64,000 bases of DNA. It comes from Chrysomallon squamiferum. Taxonomy: Eukaryota; Animalia; Mollusca. Location: the NCBI GenBank assembly GCA_012295275.1, contig CM022667.1, positions 3,038,001-3,102,000 of the forward strand, read 5' to 3'. Made by a program: the position numbers and the translations under genes. A model generated the notes under the pieces. It did not search any database. It saw nothing but the letters and a program-made list of their open reading frames with translations, and was not told the DNA's origin. Below are positions 11,674 through 23,534 of the stretch, piece by piece. How positions within the stretch are numbered: the stretch's first letter is position 1; each line of letters starts with the position of its first letter.

Positions 11674-14396
11674 TATCTTTTGTCTTTCGTATCACAGATA
11701 TCAATTCAAAGCCTTACTTATCACCAGTAGGTCACATGCATGTGTATTTTACGCACAGATTTCATGTTCAAGAATCTACATTATCGAACAGTTGTCTTAA
11801 TTTTGACGTAATGACACCATGGAGAATTAATTGTTACGTCACATCGCTAATGAAACGTCATCCAGTGGTAATAGATTTGTTATTATTTTCATTATTTTTT
11901 TTTATGGGTATCCCAAGTAAACTAGTAAGTTGTTTTTTTTTTTTTTGCCATTTCATAATGTGTTTAATATTAATTTCACTGGCATTTATTTTTATTTTTA
12001 TTTTTTGCTTTACTTGGTTATATTCTCCAAAATCAAAGAGCAGTTTCTCTTAGCAGACTTATATTTCTTCCATCTGGCATCGCACAAAACGAATTTTTCA
12101 CTATTCGATGTACAAAATTCTTTTACGCCATTACAGTTCTAAGTTTAAAAAATATCTAAAAGTTCAAGGCAGAAAGAGCAGAATCAATATAAATTATCAG
12201 AATCACAAAAAAAAAAAAAATAATTATTTAAAAGCAGAAAGAGTAGAATCAATAACGTAAATTATCACTTTAACCATGAACTTTTCAAAAACTACTTTTC
12301 TCCTCTCCGTTATTTAACAAGCTACGGCATGTGTTATTACCAGCTGTCTTACATACCTCCAGCACAACTATTTTGCGCCTTCACCAATAGCCATCGTATC
12401 ACGTCTGTTTTTTTTTTTTTGTATTTTTTTATGAAATGGATCACCGCTGTTATTATCAAAGTATCCAAATTCACATGGAAACTTTTAAAATAATAATAAT
12501 TAAATTAAATTAAAAACAACTGGGAAATGTTACCAAACAATGAAAACAATCCCAGCTTAACTCCAAGCTAGTGGCAGGATGCAAATTCAACAAAGAAAAC
12601 TTGGATGTTACATTACTAATAATATGTTTGTGGTTTATTTTCTTATTTGGAAATAATAACAAATCATTTATAAATATAATAATTTTTTTTTTTTTATAAA
12701 AAACAAAAACACAATTTCATTCTCATACTGAAGCTAGTTATAAAACAAAACAAAACAAAATAATTTTTGAAAGCTTTATTTCTCAATGATTTTTTTTTTT
12801 CTTTTTTTGATGTATCAACAAAATGAAGCATGGTCTTAAAAGTATTCTTTAAATTTTAAACATTTCAGGGACTATGGAGATCACAAAACAGAGGTTATAA
12901 AGAAAAAAAAAAAAAATAAATAAAAATAAAAAATGACTTCAGCTCTCTTCCCAATAAAAATGTTTTAATCTGAAAAATATGGTTTTCTCAAAATTACTGA
13001 AAAGTCTAATGCCAATTTTCAACCTTTGTTGAATGTCCTCCATAGTACCTGAAAAATTTATCGACACCTGCAAAAGATTTATAAATTTACAAAAAAAAAA
13101 AAAGAAAAAAATACTCGACAGACAAAGCTTATTAAATATAATTATATACATAAAAACTACTGTATTCAAATTAAACAATCTAAAGGAAAATTGAAATGGT
13201 TTTGACTTAATTTTTATTTATAAATACTTCACAACATGTAATGACAAGATATTTAACTTCTTAAAAGAGAAAAAATTTGAATCCAACAAAAATAAAGATC
13301 CACGTAATGATTTTTAAAATTATTATTCTACTTGGAAATTTAACCCTGATGAACTTACAAAAATGAACCACATGTAACTTCCACATCCACCTCTTATCAA
13401 AAAAGAAAAAAAAAAAAAAAAAAAAAAAAAGAAAGAGTAAATAAAATATATTTAATAAATAATAAAGAACATGATTACAATGAAAAATGTTAACAAGTTT
13501 AACTCTTAGGAAGAGTATTAATGAAAAATGAATATTACGCGTAAATGGCTAAAAAAAAAAAAAAAAAATTCACTAACTAGTTAATTTCAAAAAATTAAAC
13601 ATGCTTACAACCATTATAAAGACACTAGAAATGGGACATGAGGCAAAACATTTAACTACACATTGATTTAACAACAAATGCCAACATTATGGAAATGAAG
13701 AAAAAGATTTTACACAAATTTTTCTAGTTAAAACATAACCTCAAAATTTCTTTTCAAATTGTATCCAGCTGGTTCAACTGTCTTCCAATGGACTAAAAAA
13801 GAACCCACCACAATTTGAAAAAAAAAAAAAAAAAATAGAGAGAGAAGCAATGATGCTTCTTTTTTTCCTTTGGAGTTAATGGACACATTTAAAAAAAATC
13901 ATTAAATAATTTTTTTTTTTTTTTTTTAAAACAATCGTAGTAATCCAATGAATATCATATTCGTTTCCCCCTCCAATGCTGCAAATTTAAGACACTTTAT
14001 TCCTTTTTTTTGGTCCAGATTGTAGTCTCTCTTTTGTCACTTTCATTTTAATCACAAAAAGAAATATCAACTGGTTCCTACCATAGTTGTTTTTCCAGAA
14101 CTTATAACCTGTATTTATCAACAATACTAAATTAAAAATAAGAAAATAATAACAAAAGGAAAAAGAAAAAATATATATTTAAATTAAAAAAAAGGAAGGA
14201 AAATAAATAGATTTTTTTTTCTTTTTTTTTTTTCATGTACTATTTTCCATCTTTTTCATTTTTTCAAACTTTTGCACATTTTTTTTTCTTCTTTTTATGT
14301 TCTTTTTTTTCTTTTTTTTTCTTGTTTTCCATTTTCACTTTTTTTTTGTTTGAAGTACATTACCACTGCTAGATGACTGTCTTTGTTGAATGGCTT

Positions 14397-17300
14397 TCAG
14401 TAAGGGGAATAATATGCTCGCCTGTACCTGCTACGGAAGCAAACAAATACTATTTATAAAAACCACTAACATAAATAACAAAAATTGAAATAAAATCTAA
14501 AATGCTTAAACAAATTATTTAATTTCAATTGTTTTATTTTTTTGTGCTTAAAATCTTTTTATTTTACAATCTTTCATTATATTTATACTTACCACTTTCT
14601 ACAACCTCAGTCTCTTAAAATCTAGCCCAGACCAAGTTAAAAACCTGTTAGGTGAACACAAGCTTGGTGGAATCACCCTTTCTATTTCTCACATCTCCGG
14701 AACATAATTTCAAGTCTCGTATTTTTTTAATTTTTAAATTTAATTTTTTTCTTTTTTCTTTTTCCTTTTTTTTTTATTCCTTGGTAAATTATTTAACCCT
14801 TTTCTTTTTGCAATTTTTTTTCATATTTTTTTTTTTTTTTTTAAATTCATAGTTGTGGATGGCAATTTAAATTATAAATAAAAAGTCTGTATTTCAGTAC
14901 CTGAAAGAAAATTTTAACAATAAAGAGAACATGCAGAGTAATACTTTAAATATAATTTATAAAACTCTTTAAAAAGAAAAAAAAAATTAATAATTTCTTA
15001 CTCCAAAAAACAATTAACTCGTTGTTTAACCTGAAAGCGTTCTGCTGCTTATTGCAATTTTTAAAATGCCCGTCACAATAAGTAGAAGCTAAACAAACAA
15101 AACCGAATACAGCTGAAAGGTTGGCTGTATTGTCTAGTATAGAAACATGTTGCTCACATGTATATCTTACCCAAATGGTCTTCGTCCTCGTGGAGTGTAA
15201 GCTCCATAAAAGCCACGACCTCTGCCCCGCCCACGTCCCCTGGGTGGTCTATTTGTTGTGGAAATACCAGGGCGATTTGTTCTTTTAGGAGTTACCTTCA
15301 AGTATACAAACAATCACATTTAAGATACTCGAAATAGATTTATTTAAATAAGGAAATGCAATTGTGGAAAACAGTTTTAAACAGAAGTATGGGGATAACT
15401 TAGCTGTTTATTTTTCTAGATTAGTTGGAGAGGATGTGAGAGAACAAGCACGAGAAAGAGAGGAGGAAGATGCATCAACATCATTTTTAATAAAGGTGTG
15501 GCAATAATCGAAAATGTTGGTTCATTTATTCAGGATCAGAAACAAAATTAAATCATTTGTAATCTTTAGTCTAACATGCAAAACATCATTTCCTGAATAT
15601 ATCCATGGATATAAAATACATTAATGTTTGACATTTACATCTTTTTAAGCTAAAACAGTGACTCACCCGATGTTGAAGGGAATTATTTTTCAACGGTAAT
15701 TTATCAGATAAAATGAAACCAGATTGTCAAGGAGAATGAAGATGGGGGAGCAGAGAGAAAAAATCATTCCTCCAAAATTTTTTTTTTTCAAATGAAGTTC
15801 TACGATTTAATTTCCTGAATATTTACACCATTAAGTCAACTGGTATGCCTCTATTTAGGTATATTTGGAAATAACTGTTAACCACTAATTAATTAGTAAC
15901 AGTGACTTTCCTGAGTATAAAACTATATTTTTCAGTGATAGTTTACAGAAAGGATTGATTGGGCAAGAGAAGAAAGTAATGAAGGAAAATATACCAGTAT
16001 ATATATATATATTTTTTATATTAATTCAGGATCAGCAAAGTGTTTTAAATCATTTGATATCTTTAGTCTAACATGCAAAACATCATTTCCTGAACATTTC
16101 AGTGGATTTTAAATACATATTAAGCAGGTACAGTCAAATCTCATTATAATGCCAATGTTTGTGTTGTATCAATTTGGGTGTTATAACGAGTTTGATGGTA
16201 TAACTAGTTTTCTGAAACTATAAATTACTACATGTACTGAATGTCAGCTCTTCATTTTCTTCTCCCAAAAATGCCTCACAGATGTCTGTTTTGTAAAGAG
16301 GAAACCAGAGAGGGTACACAGTTTCCTTATAGTTTTGAAATATTATTTATTATTCAAGTTCATACAATTTTTGATAGGGAGGTCTTAATGTTTCAGAACA
16401 ACAAAATTATTATAGGTTATAAAAACTATTTTGAATTAAGTAATAGTCCTTGAACTGCAATGAAATGGGCAACTGCTGTTTTAATGTTTTTTCATTTAGG
16501 CATGTAGATGTATCAGTATGTGTCAGAAAGAGATAAGGAATGAAGGAGATACATAAAAATAATGAAATTATTTAAAATATATATAGTTTTATTCAGGATC
16601 AGAAAAGAATTTTAAATCACGTGTAATCTTTAGTCTAACATGCAAAACATCATTTCCTGAATATTTCTATTAAATCAATGGATTTGAAATACAGACTAAA
16701 TGAATAAACATTTACATAAACGTAATTTGAAAAAAAAAAAAAAAAAAAAAAGACATTTGTGGATAACCTAACATGCTTTTCCAATTCATATATATATATA
16801 TTGTTTACACTATTGTATAAATTCCTAAATAATTTACCTTTGAAAAATAATTTAAAGAGAAATTGTAACAAGTGATTCCATTCATATATTCAATTTTCAG
16901 TGTACACTAGCCTTATTTGTTTTTTTTATTTTATATAATGTAATAATGAATAGTTGTCTTTTCTAAACTAGCTTTTACTTGATTCAGAAATGCATTAAAA
17001 AGGAAAAAAAAAAAGAACAAATATATATATTTATATTTATTTTTGAAAGTTTTAAAATCAGACAAAGGTATCTGAATGTTCAGGATCAGAAAGAAGTTTT
17101 AAATCATGATGTATCTTTAGTCTAACATGCAAAACATCATTTCCTGAACATTTCATAAATTAAAGTGAACTGAATCAAACTGGTGCTTGGAACACATTCT
17201 TTTTATTTCCTACTTAAAAAGTCCATTTGTACTTAAATGGTATCTTCAAATGACACACATTACAGACAAAAAGATAAACTGAAAATGGGTAGGAGGGGCT

Positions 17301-19571
17301 GGGACTGGTTTGAAACTAAACCATAGCACATATTTCAAAAAACTAATTTTATCAGGAAGACTAAAAATATTTTCCCTTGTAACAGATTTAGATTCATATA
17401 AAACAAAACACTGTTTTAACTTCATAGGTCTGTATTAGATCACTCATCATTACCTTAATGTGATGAAGAAATTTTTTAAGAAAGAAATTTCAAGATGAAA
17501 GTTACCTTTATTTGTCTGCCTCTGAACAATGATTCATCAAGAGCCATTGCAGTCGCTACAGAGTCCTTGTCAGCAAATTCAACGTAGGCAAATCTGAATT
17601 ACACACAACAAAAAGAAAAAATAACAAACACCAAGTATTTATGACATCCTTACATAATCCAAAAATGCTTTACAAATTTCTTAATCACACCAAATATTTA
17701 TAGCATGTCTGCATCTTCCAAAATGGTTTACAAATTAACACCAATCCACTTAAACATAACAGTGTGAATTTTGTTTTTAATCACAGTTCCATGAAGATAA
17801 TCTCTGTAGTTACAAAAATATTACAATACATTAACTGATGATATGTATGAAATTACAAAAATCAGCAATATTCAGGATCAGAAAGAAGTTTTAAATCATG
17901 TGCAATCTTTAGTCTAACATGCAAAACATCATTTCCTGAATATCAAATAATTTGAAAAAAAAAAAAAAAATGTTTTGGCATCTGGAATAAACAAATTCCA
18001 GAAATTATTGTTACAAATTATTCTTTCAAAAAAGTATTTTTCTACTCGAGTCTGCCATGGATGTCTTATTAAATTGCTTACAACACCTTTACACGGTGTG
18101 AAAACATACTACTTACAGATGTGAAAAAATAATATGAAAACTAGTAAGATTTATATTAATTAAGGTAGAATACCCTTTTGGATGGCCTGTGAACTTGTCA
18201 CACAGAATCGTCACTCGATTCACTGAACCGCAGCCATGAAAGTGCTGTTCCAACTCTTCTGCAGCCGCACCGTAATCAACCTACAATAACATCGCATCCT
18301 TGTACAAAACAAAATGTATCAACAAAACATTCGAAAGCAAATGACTTTTCTGTGTGAGAAAGACAGAGTTTTTTGAAACATGGAAAATGATAACAGAATG
18401 CTTTCGTTTTCTTTTTTTGATCTCTTTGAAAAATGAAATTTATTAATATTTATTAATACTCTAAAAGTACTGAAACTCATATGTATTAATTACTTTTAAG
18501 ATGAATCCAGTAAATTATTTCTATATCCACAGATCAAAGCATATGAATAATACTTTCAATTTTAGTATCAAAATTTTTTTTTTTTTAAACAAATTACAAG
18601 CATCAAAACCATTAACTTACATTTCCGACATATATTGATCTTGAATCTGCATCAACCTTTTCTTCTATTGTTGGAAATGTTGACGAGGATGCTTGAAATA
18701 AAATTGCAAAAATTATTTTTCATGTAAAACAAAGAACTAACAATTATGAGGAATACACCACATCTCACCCTGTATGCAAAGGTGTAACAACTTTTTAACA
18801 ATAACCTGAATAAATAAATCTGATGAACATTACATCATTATTAAATCTGGATTATTTCTGTGCAGCATACATTTAGATCATTTCCTTGCATAACCAGTGC
18901 TGCACATTAAGCACAGAGAAAAAAAATAATTAAAAAATAATTAAAAAATGCGTACGAGTTATATATAGAATTGAATTTTACAAGTAAAAGTTTTAACAAC
19001 ATACAGACTGATGATGAACTCATATTCATCTGTTTCTCCACTTCACTCTGCATTTCTTTCAACTTTTCAGCTTCTTCCTCCATTTCTTTGACTCTTGCTT
19101 TGATTGCTTCAAGTTCCTAAGGAAAACATTTTTTATTTATTTGCTGAGATTGATACTATGACGTATAAATATCGTGTACCTGTAACGTAGTCTTCACATT
19201 TATTTGCAATTATGGGTTTAAAAAATAAATAAATACATAATAAAAAAATTCCTCATTTAAAATAACTTGATTCCAAAAACCTACTAATAGCACTATTTTA
19301 TTAAACTCTATTTCTGTTATTCTTAATAATGTCTTTCTCCACGTTTTTAAGCTTTCTTTGTTTCAGATCAAATAATTAGTAGAATGAACGTACTTAATGA
19401 ATTAAAAATACAAACCGGATCTTCAACTGCACCATCTTCAGTGGCAGCGGTATTATTATCGACATCATTTCCTTCATTTTCGAACGACGTTGTGTCGAAT
19501 TCTGTGTTTTCTTCTTGGAAGCTTTCGTTCTCGTCATTAACTAATTCCGTCATATTTTTGTCTAATCTCAT
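14397..19571 (-). CDS. PABPN1: Nuclear poly(A)-binding protein PABPN1/Pabp2; 7 coding exons
   Basis: Exons 19571(or 19553)-19416, 19116-19005, 18691-18621, 18280-18174, 17593-17506, 15295-15171 and 14430-14397; all GT-AG and in frame. Translation gives the [26 protein letters not shown] coiled coil, the RRM ([48 protein letters not shown]...[13 protein letters not shown]), an RG-rich tail and the YYSPY* end. Confidence 0.96.
15527..15599 (-). ncRNA. Box C/D snoRNA, SNORD104/snR58-like, copy 1 (PABPN1 intron 5)
   Basis: Sense: TATTCAGGA-A-ATGATGT(C)-TTTGCATGTTAGACT-A-AAGA(D')-TTACAA-ATGATTT(C')-AATTTTGTTT-CTGA(D)-TCCTGAATA. It has a 9-bp terminal stem and a D' guide complementary to 28S AGUCUAACAUGC. 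Confidence 0.85.
16025..16094 (-). ncRNA. Box C/D snoRNA, SNORD104/snR58-like, copy 2 (PABPN1 intron 5)
   Basis: Same C/D'/C'/D boxes, identical guide GCATGTTAGACT, TTCAGGA/TCCTGAA terminal stem. Confidence 0.85.
16131..16198. mobile_element. Possible small Tc1/pogo-type MITE remnant (hairpin)
   Basis: TA|CAGTCAAATCTCATTATAA...TTATAACGAGTTTGATGG|TA: imperfect inverted ends flanked by TA. Confidence 0.35.
16590..16663 (-). ncRNA. Box C/D snoRNA, SNORD104/snR58-like, copy 3 (PABPN1 intron 5)
   Basis: Same boxes and guide; 9-bp terminal stem TATTCAGGA/TCCTGAATA. Confidence 0.85.
17075..17152 (-). ncRNA. Box C/D snoRNA, SNORD104/snR58-like, copy 4 (PABPN1 intron 5)
   Basis: Same boxes and guide; 11-bp terminal stem AATGTTCAGGA/TCCTGAACATT, whose outer pairs differ compensatorily from copies 1, 3 and 5. 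Confidence 0.85.
17868..17943 (-). ncRNA. Box C/D snoRNA, SNORD104/snR58-like, copy 5 (PABPN1 intron 4)
   Basis: Same boxes and guide; 10-bp terminal stem ATATTCAGGA/TCCTGAATAT. Confidence 0.85.
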
Positions 19572-20015
19572 ACCATTACAAATTATAAATTAATGATAGA
19601 CGATTGAAATAAAGGTTTCAAATCTTGTAATAATATAACAACAATAAAACAGATTACTTATCGTTCATTAAAAAGGCAGGATGCTAAAAGATAAAACAGA
19701 TTTTTAAAGTAAAACGAATTTTTAAAACTATGGCGTCCCTAAAGGTCCGTTTCCGGTAGATAGATTAAGAGTTATTTCCCTTAATTTCTTTATATTACCT
19801 TCGTTGATTGAAGAAAATTATTTTAGTCTTTGATATTATAAAACCTTTTAAAATATATTAAAATATTTTTGAGGCGACGACACTCAATTATTTTACCTTA
19901 AAAAAAGGATAACATACATAATGTCGATGACTTTGTACAAACAGATATTTCAATAGAATATTTATTTACAATTTAATCATATGCAAATCGAATAGCCTCT
20001 CCAAAGACTACACTT

Positions 20016-20092
20016 ACCGGTTCCCAGGAGTGGATCCTTTTTATGCACCTTCTTGTACATGGGCAAGCCTAATCATAATGTAACCAGTCACC
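20016..20092 (-). mobile_element. Possible degenerate Nin-domain SINE fragment
   Basis: The minus strand gactggttac...aaggtgcataaaaggatcc resembles the Nin core (GACTGG...GGTGCATATAAAAGATCCC) as I recall it; short and diverged. Confidence 0.3.
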
Positions 20093-20144
20093 TATTATAT
20101 TAAACAAACAAACAAACAAAACTGTGATTATGATGATGATGATG

Positions 20145-20180
<36 letters not shown>

Positions 20181-20236
20181 CATTTCAAAAAAGCAACCTA
20201 ACTACCTTCAATTTGTAGAATAAATTCTGTTCAGTC

Positions 20237-20277
<41 letters not shown>

Positions 20278-21140
20278 TAATATTTCACATTTAATGAGAA
20301 ACATAAGGGGAAAGAACTCTGCAAGTACATGTGAAACAGTACAGGTTTAATTATCTGTATTTTTTTTTTTTAGTAATATATAATAATAATAATAATAATA
20401 ACAGTAGTAGTAGTAGCAGTAGTACAAGTAATAATATAGTGGCAGACAAACCCAAATGTTTCATCAGCTATAATTATTCTATTAAAAGCCAATTTCTGAT
20501 GTTAAAAAAGAAATAATTAATATCAGTCTTAATATTTCAAACAAGCTTGAAACAAGTTATTGTTAGTAGATTTAACAATCTTATGCAATCAAACTGTATA
20601 CTGAATTTTATGCAGCAGTATTGCTTCCATTGTAGTTATATTCATCTTCAAAACTTCTACATCATTAACGTTTTGTAAGAAATGGCCTTTGTAAAAAGAA
20701 GTTACCACAGTTTAATGTTGTATATCTAAGTTTAAATAAAAAACATAAAACAAAGACGTTTGTAGTTTTTTTTTTTAATTTTAAAATAAAAGCTAAAAAG
20801 CTGACACAATTTATATATTCACGTACATTTTACAACACCTATTTTTGTATAGATTAGCTAAGAATGATGTGAAACATCATTTATGGCATTTTAATAATTA
20901 ATGGAATTTCATGGTGTATTTGAATTATTTATTACAAGAATTAAGACACCTATTCTTTCTTGGTGGCAGAATACCGTACCAACTATAAAAGAAGTTTTAT
21001 GAGAAATGGAATTTGAAATGTTTCTTCTACTGAAACATAAAATGCTCTTCTGTACATTAACAGATTTAAAAAAAATTCTGGTGACAAAAATTATAAAAGA
21101 GAAAGTGTAATTTATATTTTTTTTATTGTTAATGATAATG

Positions 21141-21195
<55 letters not shown>

Positions 21196-23534
21196 GACAG
21201 AAACAGAGATTGCAAATTTAAAAATGTAAAACCATTTTTTTTAAACATTCATTTACAGATATTATAGGGATCAACTTCTACATGATTACAAACTTAAAAG
21301 ATATGAATGATGTAGATTTCCTTAATAACCCACTATTATTTTAGACAAAAATACTTTAATTCAAAGTAAATCAAACATTTTCATAGATAATTAACATAGC
21401 CATAAAACACAAAATATTATCTTTCGTTACTGTGTTATTTAATTAAAACCAAAATCTAACAGAACCATTTTTTCATAAAATTTATTCGCATTTGAATAAA
21501 ATTCAACTTAATAAATATATTAAAAAAATATAAGTAGAAAATATCTGAGTATAATATAATAATTTAACAATCATAGTGCTACAGCCAGAAGAAATCAACT
21601 CATGGTAAAGAAATCTACGACTGTCGTATATAAGCATGTACACTTTTTTGAACTCTCGCATATTTGTTGATGGAAACACTTTACTTTTTAATTTCCTGTT
21701 CCAAGTCCGATTTCTGTACTAGAATGGAGTCACAGATATAGTGCAAGTGCAAATAGTTTATTTATTATTATCTATTAACTTCTCCAGACTGCTATAGACC
21801 TGTCAAAATGAGCATAGTGAGAAACTTTAAAATAGTATGTTTTCATATTAGTGAAGATATAAATGATAATGAAATAAATTTGTCTTATGGTGTCTGCTCC
21901 CCTTTCTTTAGTTCATCCCTAGTTTCTTAAACCCTTTTCTATCACTGCACATTTAACACAATAGTTTTATCATCAAGTTGCTGTACCAATTTCAAATTAG
22001 CTTAGATCAAGTCTAACAAATAATAGTACCTGTTAATAAAAATATTTTGAGGTATTATTAAATGTATAATCTATTAATTCCCTCTCTTAAATTATCTCCC
22101 TTACATCTACATAATTATGGGTTATCTTAATATAGAAATAATGATCAGCTCGTAAGTAATTTCAGCTGACTATAATGATATAAAATGGATCCCAATATTA
22201 ATTTAATAACAATCAATATGACCTGGACTGGGTCAGGAGGTCAATCCTATTGTTGAGTTCATTGATTATTCTGTCCCCAGACTGGGATGATAAAGGTGGT
22301 AGATAAAATTTCCTGTCCAAACAACATATAAAGCAAATTAAAAAAAAATTCTTTATGTGATAAAAGTAGATTTAAGCATTTGTTTTTATATTATCACCTG
22401 TATTTCATTAGTAAAAGAGAACACGTCAATGTAAAATTTCTTCATTCACACAATTTTATTTCATTTTTCCATTTCCTAAATTCTGTAGTAAGTAGAATGT
22501 TTTTTTTTAAGGACCCTGATTAATATTCATTATCTCAAATAGTGATGCAATAAATAATAACTAATTATTAACAAATGCACAACACAATTAAATGTGATAT
22601 ATCCAAAATTGCAAATAAAGTAAAAAAAAAAAAAAAAAAAAATAAATACAAATAATAGTAACAAAAATAAATAATAAGATCTCCTTCAATTCAAACGAGA
22701 AATGTTAAAGGCCATTTTTTTTGTGCTCCTGCTTATAAATTATATCATACTTTAATTACAAAAAAGTAGGAAGCTCTTCTAATGTACAAAATAAAAATGT
22801 ACAGACTAGCAGATGGACAGACTCTAAGATAGCCAATATATGAGACAGTTCTTCAGCCATGCTTTTTTTAAATAAACTATTGAAAACAAATACTCAAGAC
22901 AATATAACAATTATATATTTGCAGTTTGCTAACTTTTTTTTTAAAATTTATTAAATGAATTCATAACATTCTGATTGTTTTCATCAGTCCATCAAGATAA
23001 AGGGTTTTTTAGCTATATTTGTTTTAAAATGTTTTGTTATAAGATTCTTCTATAGATTAAATATCAGTACAGAGTATAAAACATCAGGCAATAATACAAC
23101 ACATAACACCCAAATATATTTAATAATACACACATACACATTCTCTCTCTCGCTCTCATAGACACATAATATACACACTTAGTGCACAGTCAGTCATAGG
23201 TTTTAAAAAACAAAACAGCTGTACATTGACACCAGGTTAAGTAAACAATAAAACATTTTAATAAAACAAACAATAAATCACAGACTTAATTGTGAGAAAT
23301 ACACTAAATTCATAATATAAGCTTCATGTTATTTGGTTTCTTTGAAGTTTTAAAAAATATTTTAGTTATGTTCATACCTCAGACGAACAGATAGAAATAA
23401 TCTGTGCATGCACATTATCTACACCCCTGGCATTACAAACACTGATATACAGACAGAAATTTAGGTACACACACACACATATACGTGAAACTAAAGCACC
23501 CATATTTTCTTAATTATCCAACACCATAGTTACA

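Noticed and set aside
15527-17943. The five ~70-bp repeats read as MITEs, because their ends are inverted
   Set aside because: No target-site duplications; conservation is concentrated on C/D boxes and an rRNA-complementary guide, and all copies are sense to the host gene, so snoRNA fits better.
18800-18890. Possible sixth or different C/D snoRNA in PABPN1 intron 2 (AGGAAATGATCT...)
   Set aside because: No properly placed CTGA D box, terminal stem or recognisable guide.
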